From assembly GCA_963750645.1 (NCBI GenBank), contig CAVVRO010000001.1:72049-136048 (forward strand): DNA of 64,000 nt, in the 5' to 3' direction. The notes beneath the pieces are model-generated. The model had not been told where the DNA came from. It was given only the letters and a program-made list of their open reading frames with translations, and ran no database searches. This document shows, one piece after another, positions 7,329-16,691 of this stretch; position 1 is the first letter of the stretch, and every line of letters starts with the position of its first letter. The position numbers and the translations under genes are program-made. Source of the DNA: an uncultured Microthrixaceae bacterium (GTDB lineage: Bacteria; Actinomycetota; Acidimicrobiia; Acidimicrobiales; VFJN01).

Positions 7329-10037
7329 TCAGGCCAGGCGGGGGTCCGCCTGCTCGGGGTCGATGCCGTAGCGGTGGATCGCGTCCTGCACGACCTCGGG
7401 CTTGATGGTGCCGCTCGACGCGAGCGCGGCCAGCGTGGCCACGACGACGTGGGGAGCATCCGTCTCGAAGTGGCGCCGCAGGGCCTCGCGCGTGTCGCTG
7501 CGACCGAAGCCGTCGGTGCCGAGCGGCGTGAAGCTCCGGCCGGCGGGCACCCACCGTGCGATCTGGTCCGGGACCGCCTTGATGAAGTCCGTGACCGCGA
7601 TGATCGGGCCCTCGCCCGCCAGCAGGTCGGTGACCCGTGGAGTGCGCGCCGGTTGGTCGGCGTGGAGGCGGTTCCACCGCTCGGTCGACAGCGCCTGCTC
7701 GCGCAGCCGCTTGTAGCTGGTGGCCGAGAGGAGCTCGACGGCGACGTCGTAGTGCTCCGCGAGCTGCACCTGGGCCTCGCGAGCCGCCAGGTTCGCGGAG
7801 CCCGAGAACAGGATCGTGGCAGGGTGCGCGGGCCCGTCCGGGGCGGCAGACCAGCGGTAGAGGCCCTCGATGACGCCCTTGGCGACGTCGTCGGGCATCG
7901 GGGGCATCACCTGGTTCTCGTTGTAGAGCGTCAGGTAGTAGATGACGTCCTCGTTCTCCAGCCACATCCGGCGAAGGCCGTGGCGGATGATCGTCGCCAC
8001 CTCGTAGGCAAAGGCCGGGTCGAAGGCCTCGGCGGCGGGGTTGACCGATGCCAGCAGGAGGCTGTGGCCGTCCTGGTGCTGGAGGCCCTCCCCGAGCAGC
8101 GTCGTGCGTCCCGCGGTGGCGCCGAGCAGGAAGCCCCGGGCCCGGGCGTCGCTCGCCTGCCAGATGAGGTCGCCGACCCGCTGCCACCCGAACATCGAGT
8201 AGAAGGTGAAGAAGGGCACCATCGGCACGCCCTGGGTCGCGTAGCTCGTTCCCGCGGCGATGAAGCTGGCCATGGAGCCGGCCTCGGTGATGCCCTCCTG
8301 GAGGAGCTGCCCGCTCTGGCTCTCCTTGTACGACAGCAGGAGGGCGTGGTCGACGGGCTCGTACTGCTGGCCCTGCGACGCGTAGATCCCGAACTCCTTG
8401 AACAGGGAGTCCATGCCGAAGGTGCGGGCCTCGTCCGGGATGATCGGAACGACCCGCGGGCCGAACTTCGGGTCGCGGCAGAGGTTGCGCAGCAGGCGGG
8501 TGAACGCCGTGGTGGTCGACGCGGCCTGCTGGCCCGAGCCAGCGAGGATCTCGTCGAAGGCCTCCTTCGCGGGCAGCTCGAGTGGCCGCTTGGTGCGGAC
8601 GACGCGGCGGGGGAGCGAGCCGTCGAGGGCGAGCCGCCGGTCGAGCATGTACTGCCGGATCTCGGAGCCCTCGGCCAGCGTGACGTAGGGAGGCTGCTGG
8701 TCGTCCGTCAGGGCCTCCTCGGGCACCTCGTCCTCGAGGTGCAGGCGCACACGCAGGACGCGTAGCTGGTCGGTCGTCATCTTCTTGATCTGGTGGGTGG
8801 CGTTGCGTCCCTCGACGTCCGGCCCGAGCGTCCACCCCTTGATGGTCTTGGCGAGGATGACCGTGGGGGCGCCGGGTTGCTCGGTGGCGGCCTTGTAGGC
8901 GGCGTAGAGCTTCCGGTAGTCGTGGCCACCGCGGGGGAGGTTGCGGATGTCCTCATCGGAGAGGTGGTCGACGAGCTTGCGAAGGCGGGGGTCCGGACCG
9001 AAGAAGTGCTCGCGGGCGTACGCCCCCGACTCCACGGCGTACCGCTGGAACTCGCCGTCCACGGTGTCGTTCATCTTGTTGAGCAGGACACCGTCGACGT
9101 CCTGCATGAGGAGCTCATCCCACTTGCCGCCCCACACCACCTTGATGACGTTCCAGCCGGCGCCGCGGAACACCGCTTCGAGCTCCTGGATGATCTTGCC
9201 GTTGCCGCGCACCGGGCCGTCGAGGCGTTGGAGGTTGCAGTTGACCACCCAGGTCAGGTTGTCGAGCCCCTCGCGCGCGGCAAGGGAGATCGATCCGAGC
9301 GTCTCGGGCTCGTCGCACTCGCCGTCACCGATGAAGCACCACACCCGGGACGCGCTGGTGTCCTCGATCTTGCGGTTGTGGAGGTACTTGTTGAAGCGGG
9401 CCTGGTAGATCGAGCACAGTGGGCCGAGCCCCATCGACACCGTGGGGTACTCCCAGAAGTCCGGCATCAGGCGCGGGTGGGGGTACGACGAGAGCCCGCC
9501 GCCGCCGACCTCGCGCCGGAAGTGGTCGAGCTGCTCCTCGGACAGGCGTCCCTCGAGGAACGCCCGGGCGTAGATGCCCGGCGCGGCGTGGCCCTGGAAG
9601 TAGATGTGGTCACCCGCGAGGCCGTCGTCCTTGCCCCGGAAGAAGTGGTTGAAGCCGACGTCGTAGAGCGCGGCGGAGCTCGCGAACGTGGCCAGGTGCC
9701 CACCGATGCCGTCGGCGTGCTTGTTGGCCCGCACGACCATCACGGCGGCGTTCCATCGGATGCGCGCGCGGATGCGACGCTCGATGTCCTCGTCGCCGGG
9801 GAAGAAGGGCTCCTCCTCGGGGGGGATGGTGTTGACGTACGGGGTGGACACGGTGGCCGGGGTGCCGACCTGCAGCTCGCGAGCGCGCTCCAGGAGCTTC
9901 GACATCAGGAACCGGGCGCGGGGCTTGCCGTGCGCGCCCACCACCGCGTCGAGCGAGTCGAGCCACTCCTGGGTCTCACCCGGATCCGTGTCAGGGAGCT
10001 GCTGGACGAATCCGTCGATGATCATGACCCCCATCAT
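7329..10037 (-). CDS. aceE: pyruvate dehydrogenase E1 component, homodimeric type
   Basis: Long intact ORF. Motifs LPDTDPGETQEWLDSLD, GDGECDEPE (TPP motif region) and typical AceE length. Start moved to ATG 10037, which is preceded by GGAGG at a 4-nt spacing; the track start is 10064. Confidence 0.95.
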   Translation of the reverse strand: MMGVMIIDGFVQQLPDTDPGETQEWLDSLDAVVGAHGKPRARFLMSKLLERARELQVGTPATVSTPYVNTIPPEEEPFFPGDEDIERRIRARIRWNAAVMVVRANKHADGIGGHLATFASSAALYDVGFNHFFRGKDDGLAGDHIYFQGHAAPGIYARAFLEGRLSEEQLDHFRREVGGGGLSSYPHPRLMPDFWEYPTVSMGLGPLCSIYQARFNKYLHNRKIEDTSASRVWCFIGDGECDEPETLGSISLAAREGLDNLTWVVNCNLQRLDGPVRGNGKIIQELEAVFRGAGWNVIKVVWGGKWDELLMQDVDGVLLNKMNDTVDGEFQRYAVESGAYAREHFFGPDPRLRKLVDHLSDEDIRNLPRGGHDYRKLYAAYKAATEQPGAPTVILAKTIKGWTLGPDVEGRNATHQIKKMTTDQLRVLRVRLHLEDEVPEEALTDDQQPPYVTLAEGSEIRQYMLDRRLALDGSLPRRVVRTKRPLELPAKEAFDEILAGSGQQAASTTTAFTRLLRNLCRDPKFGPRVVPIIPDEARTFGMDSLFKEFGIYASQGQQYEPVDHALLLSYKESQSGQLLQEGITEAGSMASFIAAGTSYATQGVPMVPFFTFYSMFGWQRVGDLIWQASDARARGFLLGATAGRTTLLGEGLQHQDGHSLLLASVNPAAEAFDPAFAYEVATIIRHGLRRMWLENEDVIYYLTLYNENQVMPPMPDDVAKGVIEGLYRWSAAPDGPAHPATILFSGSANLAAREAQVQLAEHYDVAVELLSATSYKRLREQALSTERWNRLHADQPARTPRVTDLLAGEGPIIAVTDFIKAVPDQIARWVPAGRSFTPLGTDGFGRSDTREALRRHFETDAPHVVVATLAALASSGTIKPEVVQDAIHRYGIDPEQADPRLA

Positions 10038-10055
10038 CTCGCCTCCACCCGCCAG

Positions 10056-11102
10056 ATGCGCCACGATCCTCCAGTGACTTCATCGAGGCTTGACGCGACC
10101 GTCGCCTACACCGACGGTGCGTGCTCCGGGAACCCCGGTCCGGGCGGGTGGGCCTGGGCCATCCCGGGCGGGCGCTTCGCCTCCGGGGCGGCCTCCCACA
10201 CCACCAACCAGCGGATGGAGATCACGGCCGCCTTCGAGGCGGTCCAGGCGATCGAGGGCCGGCTGGAGATCGTGAGCGACTCGACCTACGTCGTCCACTG
10301 CTTCCGGGACCGGTGGCACGAGGGCTGGGTGAAGCGGGGCTGGAGGAACTCGAGTCGCCAGCCGGTGGCCAACCGTGACCTGTGGGAGCCCTTCCTCGAC
10401 CTCGTGCTGGCGCGCGGGGACGTCACCTTCAGCTGGGTGAAGGGCCACAACGGGGATCCGATGAACGACCTCGTCGACCGCCTCGCCGTGGAGGCCGCTC
10501 TCACCCAAGCAGGTCGCACGGGTGAAGGCGAGCCCGTCGCCCTGGGCCCGGCGGACCTGCCGCGAGCGCCGCGCTCGACGCCCGGCAGGGACCGACGGCT
10601 GCCGGACGGGCGGCTCGTGCTCGTGACCGGGCACCGGCCGGGCGAGCTCGGTGGCTACGAGGCAAACCCCGTGGCCGCCGGCGTGGCCATCAGACTGCAG
10701 GAGACCTTGGACGCCATGCTGGAGGTCGACGGCGAGCTGACGGTCGTCAGCGGCCTGCGCCTCGGCGCCGAGCAGCTGGGCGCCGAGGCGGCGCTCGCGC
10801 TCGGCCTGCCCTTGGTGATCGTGCTGCCGTACCCGGAGGCCGACAAGCCCTGGCCACCGGCGGCGCGCACCCGGTTCGCCGAGGTGGTCGCGTCGGCTGA
10901 CGTCGTCGTCACGCTCGAGACGAAGGTGCCCGCCACCAAGCAGCTCGCCGGTGCTGCGCTGGCTCGGCGCGATGCCTGGCTCGCGAAGCAGGTCGACAGC
11001 GCGGTCGTGGTGTGGGACCAGGAGGACGATCTCGTCGGCCGCGTCGTGCGCTCGCTGGAGGACCACCTCGGTCCCGACCAGGTGCTGCTCGTGCACCCCT
11101 AG
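10056..11102 (+). CDS. rnhA: RNase HI fused to a C-terminal YpsA/DUF1273-type SLOG domain
   Basis: N-terminal half: YTDGACSGNPGPGGWAW, TNQRMEITA, IVSDSTYV, KGHNGDPMNDLVDRLA (DEDD residues). C-terminal half: LVTGHRPGELGGY, VVSGLRLGAEQLGAEAAL, VIVLPYPEADKPW, ASADVVV, RRDAWLAKQVDSAVVVWDQEDD, which parallels B. subtilis YpsA motifs. The start could be ATG 10056 or GTG 10074. Confidence 0.85.
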   Translation: MRHDPPVTSSRLDATVAYTDGACSGNPGPGGWAWAIPGGRFASGAASHTTNQRMEITAAFEAVQAIEGRLEIVSDSTYVVHCFRDRWHEGWVKRGWRNSSRQPVANRDLWEPFLDLVLARGDVTFSWVKGHNGDPMNDLVDRLAVEAALTQAGRTGEGEPVALGPADLPRAPRSTPGRDRRLPDGRLVLVTGHRPGELGGYEANPVAAGVAIRLQETLDAMLEVDGELTVVSGLRLGAEQLGAEAALALGLPLVIVLPYPEADKPWPPAARTRFAEVVASADVVVTLETKVPATKQLAGAALARRDAWLAKQVDSAVVVWDQEDDLVGRVVRSLEDHLGPDQVLLVHP

Positions 11103-11106
11103 TGGG

Positions 11107-11571
11107 CTACATGCCCCTGCGAACCCGCAGCTCCTTGTAGGCCGCGTTGATGATGCGGATCCGCTCCTCGCCCGCGGCCTTCTCCTCCTCCGACTGGCCG
11201 AAGAGGAGGTCGGGGTGGTTCACGCGCGCCTGGTGGCGATGCGCCGCGATGATCTCGTCCCAGGTGGCGGTGGGGTCGACGTCGAGCACCTTGTACGGAT
11301 CGAGCTCGACGGTGGCCTGATCCTCGGGTTCGTCGGGGGTCGCGGTGTACAGGAAGTTGGTCCGCCAGTCGTCACCGAAGTGCTCCGCGAGGATGTCGCG
11401 CGCCGGTTCGACCTCGGTCTCGTGGCCCGACTTGGGTCGCCAGGCCTCCTTGACCTCCTCCTGGACCCACCAGGCGTGCTCGTCGCTGTCGAGGCGCACC
11501 GATTCCGCCGGCTCGTCGGTGCGAGCCGGTTCGGAGGAGGCACCGCGCTTGCGCGACCACAACCACGCCAT
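11107..11571 (-). CDS. J-domain (DnaJ-like) protein without zinc finger
   Basis: Internal ATG 11571 of track ORF 11107-13155, 154 codons. C-terminal J domain DPYKVLDVDPTATWDEIIAAHRHQARVNHPDLL. Confidence 0.75.
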   Translation of the reverse strand: MAWLWSRKRGASSEPARTDEPAESVRLDSDEHAWWVQEEVKEAWRPKSGHETEVEPARDILAEHFGDDWRTNFLYTATPDEPEDQATVELDPYKVLDVDPTATWDEIIAAHRHQARVNHPDLLFGQSEEEKAAGEERIRIINAAYKELRVRRGM

Positions 11572-11607
11572 GTTCGTATCCTCGCGCGTCCCGCTACCTT
11601 CGCCCCC

Positions 11608-13389
11608 ATGCAGGTGGGGGCTGACACCGGGGGCACCTTCACCGACGTGGTGGGCACGGACGGCCGCATCGTGAAGGTGCTGTCCTCGCCGGACGACCCC
11701 AGACACGCGGTGCGCATCGGCGTGGCCGCGCTCACGGACCGGCGACCCTCGTTGCTCGCCCATGGGACCACCATCGCCACCAACGCGCTGCTCGAGGGGA
11801 CCGGTGCCCCGGTCGCGCTCGTCACGACGACGGGTCTCCGGGACGTGATCGAGATCGCTCGCCAGGACCGACCCGCGCTCTACGACACCGCGGTCGTGCG
11901 CCCCGAGCCCCTCGTACCGCGGGCCTGGCGCTTCGAGGTGGCCGGCCGACTGGCCCCGGATGGGCAACAGCTGTTGCCCGTCGAGCCAGGGTCGGTGCCG
12001 GAGATCCCACCGGCTGCCACGGGGGTGGCCGTGTGCCTGCTCCACGCCGACCTCGAGCCGGCCCACGAGCGGGTGGTCGCCACCGCGCTGCGGGCACGCG
12101 GGCACGACGTCACGTGCTCCCATGAGGTGTCGCCGGAGATGCGGGAGTACGAGCGCACGGTGACGACGGTCGTCAACGCCTCGCTGCGACCCTTGTGCCA
12201 GGCCTACCTCCAGGGCCTGGCCGACGTGGCGGCCGAGGTGTACGTGATGACCTCCGCGGGCGGGCTCCTCCCGGTGGCGGACGCCGCCGCCCTGCCGGCG
12301 GCGCTGCTCCTGTCCGGACCTGCCGGGGGCGTGCGAGCCGCGGCAGCGGCCGCCATCGCCAACGGCTTCCCGGATGCCATCACCTTCGACATGGGCGGCA
12401 CGAGCACGGACGTCTGCCTGGTGCTCGACGGGGCACCGGCACCTGCGGCGCAGCGTTCGATCGGCGGCTATCCAATCCGGTTCCCGTCGCTCGACATCCA
12501 CACCATCGGTGCCGGCGGGGGCTCGATCGCCGGACTCGACCCCGGCGGCGCGCTCGTGGTGGGACCACGCAGCGCCGGTGCCCTCCCCGGCCCCGCCTGC
12601 TACGGGCGCGGCGGGGTGGACCCCACCGTCACCGACGCCGACCTCGTCACCGGCCGGATCCCCGCCGGGACGAGCTTCGGCGGCCTGGCCCTCGACGCCG
12701 ACGCTGCCCGAGCCGCGCTGGCCTCCGCCGGCGTGACCGCCGACGGCGTGATCCGAGTGGTCGACGCCGGTATGGAGCGGGCCCTGCGAGTGGTCTCCGT
12801 CGAGCGCGGCGTGGATCCGCGGCAGCTCGCGCTGGTGGCCTTCGGCGGCGCGGGCCCACTGCACGCCTGCGCCCTGGCCGAGGCGCTCGACATGGCGTCG
12901 GTCGTGATCCCGGCCCGTGCCGGGGTGCTCTCCGCGGTCGGTCTGCTCACCTCGCCCCTGCAGCGGGACCTCGTCCACTCGTGGCCGAGACCCCGGGACC
13001 ACACGGGCATCGACGCCGCGCTGGCCGCGCTCGCCGAGCACGCTGCGAGCCTGGTCGGTCACGGGGCGACGACGTCGACCGCCGTCGACTGCCGCTACGA
13101 GGGACAGAGCCACGAGCTCATGGTGAGGACGGTGGCCGACTTCCACGAGGCCCATCGCCTCCGCAACGGCTTCGCCCGGCCCGAGGCGGCCGTCGAGGTG
13201 ATCGCCCTGCGCGCCACGGCCGCGCGCTCCTCAGGTGTGGCCCTGACCGACCTGCCGGCGCCGGAGCGCCCGTCAGCCAAGGGTCCCGTGGCGCTCGCCG
13301 ACCCCGACTGCACGATCTGGATCCCGGCCGGCTGGTCGGCCGAACCAGGTGCCGCGGGTGCCCTCGTGCTGCGGCGGGACCACTCGTGA
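11608..13389 (+). CDS. hydantoinase/oxoprolinase family, A subunit
   Basis: MQVGADTGGTFTDVV start, then HGTTIATNALLE and FDMGGTSTDV. ATG 11608 lies inside track ORF 10951-13389. Confidence 0.9.
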   Translation: MQVGADTGGTFTDVVGTDGRIVKVLSSPDDPRHAVRIGVAALTDRRPSLLAHGTTIATNALLEGTGAPVALVTTTGLRDVIEIARQDRPALYDTAVVRPEPLVPRAWRFEVAGRLAPDGQQLLPVEPGSVPEIPPAATGVAVCLLHADLEPAHERVVATALRARGHDVTCSHEVSPEMREYERTVTTVVNASLRPLCQAYLQGLADVAAEVYVMTSAGGLLPVADAAALPAALLLSGPAGGVRAAAAAAIANGFPDAITFDMGGTSTDVCLVLDGAPAPAAQRSIGGYPIRFPSLDIHTIGAGGGSIAGLDPGGALVVGPRSAGALPGPACYGRGGVDPTVTDADLVTGRIPAGTSFGGLALDADAARAALASAGVTADGVIRVVDAGMERALRVVSVERGVDPRQLALVAFGGAGPLHACALAEALDMASVVIPARAGVLSAVGLLTSPLQRDLVHSWPRPRDHTGIDAALAALAEHAASLVGHGATTSTAVDCRYEGQSHELMVRTVADFHEAHRLRNGFARPEAAVEVIALRATAARSSGVALTDLPAPERPSAKGPVALADPDCTIWIPAGWSAEPGAAGALVLRRDHS

Positions 13390-14936
13390 CGCTCGACCCC
13401 GCCGCGCTGCAGGTGCTGATCTCCCGGCTCGGTGGGATCGCCGACGAGATGGGCGCCGTCCTGCGGCGCTCCGCCTCCAGCCCGAACATCAAGGAGCGAG
13501 CGGACTGCTCTGCGGCCGTCTTCACGGCCACCGGTGAGCTGCTCGCACAGGCCGAGCACATCCCGGTGCACCTCGGCTCGATGCCCGCGTCCGTGCGAGC
13601 CGCCCTCGATGCCTTCGCCGGCCAGCTCGCTCCCGGCGACCACGTGGTGGTGAACGACCCCTTCGCGGGCGGCACCCACCTCAACGACATCACCGTCATC
13701 ACGCCCGCGTTCGCCGGCGATCGACTGATCGGCTGGGCGGCCAACCGCGCGCACCATGCCGACGTCGGGGGCGACGCGCCCGGCTCCATGCCCGCAGATG
13801 CGACGGACATCGAGCAGGAGGGCCTCCGCATCCCCCCCACCCGCTACAGCGCCGAGCTGCGTGACCGCCTGCTGTCTGCATCACGGACGCCCGAGGAGCG
13901 CGCCGGCGACCTCCAGGCACAGCTCGGAGCGAACGTCGTCGGCGCGAGGCGGCTGGCGGCCCTCTCAGGAGCGCCCGTCGACGAGGTGGTCGCCTACGGG
14001 GAGCGCCGCATGCGAGCGGTGCTGGCCGCCCTCCCGGACGGTCGCTGGGGGTTCGAGGACGTCATCGACTCCACCGGCTCGGCACCGGACCAGCAGCGCC
14101 CGGCCCGGATCGCCGTCACGGTCACGCTCACCGGCGACCAGATCACCTTCGACTTCACCGGCACGGACCTCCAAGCGCGCGGCAACGTCAACGCCGTGGA
14201 GGCCGTCACCGTGTCATCGGTTGCCTTCGCCCTCCGCACCGCGGTCGATCCGACCATCCCCGCCAACGGCGGCTCGCTTCGTCCCGTCCACGTCATCGCG
14301 CCGGCCGGTACTCTCGTGGCCGCTCAGCCTCCGGCGGCCGTCGGTGCCGGCAACGTCGAGGTCAGCCAGCGCATCGCCGACGTCTGCCTCGGAGCCCTCG
14401 CCCAGGCGCTGCCGGACCGGGTGGGCGCGGCCGGCCAGGGCACGATGAACAACGTCCTCATCGGCGGCGCCGACTGGGTGTACTACGAGACCGTTGCCGG
14501 CGGCGAGGGCGCTCAGCCGACCCGCGACGGCATGGCCGGCGTCCACACGGCCATGACCAACACGCGCAACACACCAATCGAGGCGCTGGAGCGGCACTTC
14601 CCGCTGCGGGTGCTGCGGTACCGGCTGCGGGAGGGGAGTGGGGGAGCAGGGAGGTTCCGGGGCGGGGAGGGCATCGAGCGGGACGTGCAGGTGCTCGAGG
14701 ACTGCATCGTCAGCCTGATCACCGAGCGTCGCGTGTCACAGCCATGGGGTCTGCAGGGGGGTGGGCCGGGGGCGGTCGGCGAGAACTGGCTGCTTCCCGG
14801 TGGTGACGAGGCGCGGGCTGAGTGGTTGCCGGACAAGTGCACGCTGCGCCTGAACGCCGGTGATGTGGTGCGGATGCTCACGCCGGGCGGCGGCGGGTGG
14901 GGGCCTGTCCCTCGGCACGGCGCAGCCGCTGGTTGA
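13386..14936 (+). CDS. hydantoinase B/oxoprolinase family, B subunit
   Basis: GTGA start/stop overlap with the A subunit. Motifs SPNIKERADCSAAVF, IPVHLGSMP, NDPFAGGTHLNDI. Confidence 0.9.
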   Translation: MTLDPAALQVLISRLGGIADEMGAVLRRSASSPNIKERADCSAAVFTATGELLAQAEHIPVHLGSMPASVRAALDAFAGQLAPGDHVVVNDPFAGGTHLNDITVITPAFAGDRLIGWAANRAHHADVGGDAPGSMPADATDIEQEGLRIPPTRYSAELRDRLLSASRTPEERAGDLQAQLGANVVGARRLAALSGAPVDEVVAYGERRMRAVLAALPDGRWGFEDVIDSTGSAPDQQRPARIAVTVTLTGDQITFDFTGTDLQARGNVNAVEAVTVSSVAFALRTAVDPTIPANGGSLRPVHVIAPAGTLVAAQPPAAVGAGNVEVSQRIADVCLGALAQALPDRVGAAGQGTMNNVLIGGADWVYYETVAGGEGAQPTRDGMAGVHTAMTNTRNTPIEALERHFPLRVLRYRLREGSGGAGRFRGGEGIERDVQVLEDCIVSLITERRVSQPWGLQGGGPGAVGENWLLPGGDEARAEWLPDKCTLRLNAGDVVRMLTPGGGGWGPVPRHGAAAG

Positions 14937-16065
14937 GTCGCGCAGCTTGACGCATCTGATGGTCGCGCTCAGCGAGGTTGGGCGCGTTGTGGGCTGCGTC
15001 GGCATAGAGGCGGGCAGCGAGCTCGAGATCTCCGTTCTTCTCGTGGAGATGTGCGGCGACCGCATCGCGCCGCGGGATGTGCTCGTCGACCTGAGCGAGT
15101 GCCGCCAATCCCGCGGGAGCGCCCTCCGCTTCGCCGACGGCGACGGCACGGTTGAGCCGGACGATTGGAGTGTCGGCGAACTGCAGCAGCTCGTCGTACC
15201 ACTCCACGATCTGGACCCAGTCGGTGTCCTCGACACGCGTCGCGTCGGCGTGGAGCGCGGCGATCGCCGCTTGCGTCTGGTATTCGCCGAGCCGGTCGCG
15301 TGCAAGTGCGGCTTGCACGATGGCAATCCCCTCGGCGATCAGCTCGTTGTCCCACAGGCTCCGGTCCTGGTCCGCGAGCGGCACGATCCGTCCGTCGGGT
15401 CGGGTGCGGCTGCGCCGGCGTGCGTGGTGCAGCAGCATCAGGGCGAGCAGCCCGTGGACCTCGGTGTCGTCCACCGAGGACGCCAGCTGCCGCGTGAGCC
15501 GGATCGCCTCGGCTGCGAGGTCGACGTCGCCCGAGTAGCCCTCGTTGAAGATGAGGTACAGCACCCGCATCACCGTTCTCACGTTGCCAAGACGACTGAG
15601 ACCAGACCGCCCGACGGTGTGCTTGGCGCGACTGATGCGCTGCGCCATGGTGCTCTCCGGAACGAGGTAGGCCTCCGCGATCTGACGCGTGGTGAGGCCG
15701 CCCACGGCCCGGAGGGTCAGAGCCACCGCTGATGGTGGGGTCAGCTCAGGGTGCGCGCACAGGAAGTAGAGGCGCAGCGTGTCGTCGGCGCTCGGCACGA
15801 CACCGGTCGGTGGCTCGGTATCGAATCGGACCTCTCGGTCGCGACGCGCGGCGTCGGACCGCGCCGAGTCGATGAATGCCCGCCAGGCGACCGTGATCAG
15901 CCAACCCTTGGGATCGGAGGGCAGCTCTTCCTGCCATGCCGCGACTGCCCGGACAAGGGCCTCCTGCACCGCGTCCTCGGCCGTCGCGAAGTCGGCACCG
16001 CGACGGACGAGGACGCTCAAGACCTGGGGGACGAGCTCGCGGAGCTCGACATCGTCCGCGGTCAC
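14878..16065 (-). CDS. ECF sigma factor with long C-terminal TPR-like extension (ECF42-type)
   Basis: Sigma2 (DAVQEALVRAV...PKGWLITVAWRAFID) and sigma4 (LRAVGGLTTRQIAEAYLVPESTMAQRISRAK), followed by a ~200-aa extension. The GTG start overlaps the stop of the upstream DGPF gene (GTGA). Confidence 0.85.
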   Translation of the reverse strand: MTADDVELRELVPQVLSVLVRRGADFATAEDAVQEALVRAVAAWQEELPSDPKGWLITVAWRAFIDSARSDAARRDREVRFDTEPPTGVVPSADDTLRLYFLCAHPELTPPSAVALTLRAVGGLTTRQIAEAYLVPESTMAQRISRAKHTVGRSGLSRLGNVRTVMRVLYLIFNEGYSGDVDLAAEAIRLTRQLASSVDDTEVHGLLALMLLHHARRRSRTRPDGRIVPLADQDRSLWDNELIAEGIAIVQAALARDRLGEYQTQAAIAALHADATRVEDTDWVQIVEWYDELLQFADTPIVRLNRAVAVGEAEGAPAGLAALAQVDEHIPRRDAVAAHLHEKNGDLELAARLYADAAHNAPNLAERDHQMRQAARLNQRLRRAEGQAPTRRRPA

Positions 16066-16469
16066 TCGGTGACGGTGGGGGGCGCGGCGAGGAACGGTCG
16101 GACCTCCAGCCATTCGTGGATCGGCTCGCCGCCGGCGCCGGGCGCGGCTGAGAGCTCGCCAGCGAGCTCGATCGCTCGCGCGTGGCTGTCGACGTCGATC
16201 ACCATCCAGCCGGCGATCAGGTCCTTCGTCTCGGCGAACGGGCCGTCCGTCACCGGTGGTCGTCCCTCGCCGTCATATCGGACCCAGACGCCCTCCGGCG
16301 ACAGCGCTTGCCCGTCGACGAACTCTCCGGTGCCCTCGAGCCGGGTGGCGAAGTCGCTCATGAACTGGATGTGCGCCTCGACCTCGTCCGGCGTCCACTG
16401 GTCCATCGGGATGTCCTGCACGGGCGCCGGCGCGCCTCGGTAGTGCTTGAGCAACAGGTACTTGGCCAT
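16062..16469 (-). CDS. YciI-like / DGPF-domain protein
   Basis: 135 codons, MAKYLLLKHY...VTDGPFAETKDLIAGWMVIDV. AAGGAG Shine-Dalgarno lies 6 nt upstream of ATG 16469. Confidence 0.8.
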   Translation of the reverse strand: MAKYLLLKHYRGAPAPVQDIPMDQWTPDEVEAHIQFMSDFATRLEGTGEFVDGQALSPEGVWVRYDGEGRPPVTDGPFAETKDLIAGWMVIDVDSHARAIELAGELSAAPGAGGEPIHEWLEVRPFLAAPPTVTE

Positions 16470-16517
16470 GGTGTTCTCCTTGTCTGCCGGCGGCCCCGCT
16501 GGCCGCGTGCACACTGG

Positions 16518-16544
16518 GACGGAGCAGGAATCGAGATCTCGACA
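16518..16544 (-). promoter_or_regulatory. candidate ECF42-type promoter (TGTCGA-N17-CGTC) upstream of the DGPF/sigma operon
   Basis: On the minus strand: TGTCGA (16544-16539), a 17-nt spacer, then CGTC (16521-16518), 48 nt before the ATG. It overlaps the perfect 12-bp palindrome TCGAGATCTCGA (16531-16542). The motif is recalled from ECF-classification literature, so this call is tentative. Confidence 0.4.
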
Positions 16545-16691
16545 CGGCCGGCGGAGATTTCTCGGCGCCGAACGACGCCGTGGCCGCGCGACGTATCCAA
16601 CGCGACGTCCACCAGACGCCGCGCGCAGCGGGAACCCGGACCTTAGGTGCACGACGAATCGTTGGTCGTCGGCCGGGCCTAGGGTGCTGAG

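Noticed and set aside
7003-10064. Very long track ORFs overlapping aceE (7003-8835 minus, 7299-8765 plus, the 5' part of 8793-11102 plus). Similar ones occur elsewhere: 11107-13155, the 5' part of 12195-14936, 20081-21415, 23856-25160, 25718-27040, 28392-30122, 47048-49015 and 62454-63938.
   Set aside because: They are Arg/Pro/Gly-rich translations with no motif content. They lie antisense or out of frame to genes with clear family signatures. Open antisense frames are expected at this GC content.
10038-10064. Track start ATG 10064 for aceE (MAHLAGGGE...).
   Set aside because: The GGAGG that would act as the Shine-Dalgarno lies inside this extension, 4 nt before ATG 10037, and AceE homology begins after that ATG.
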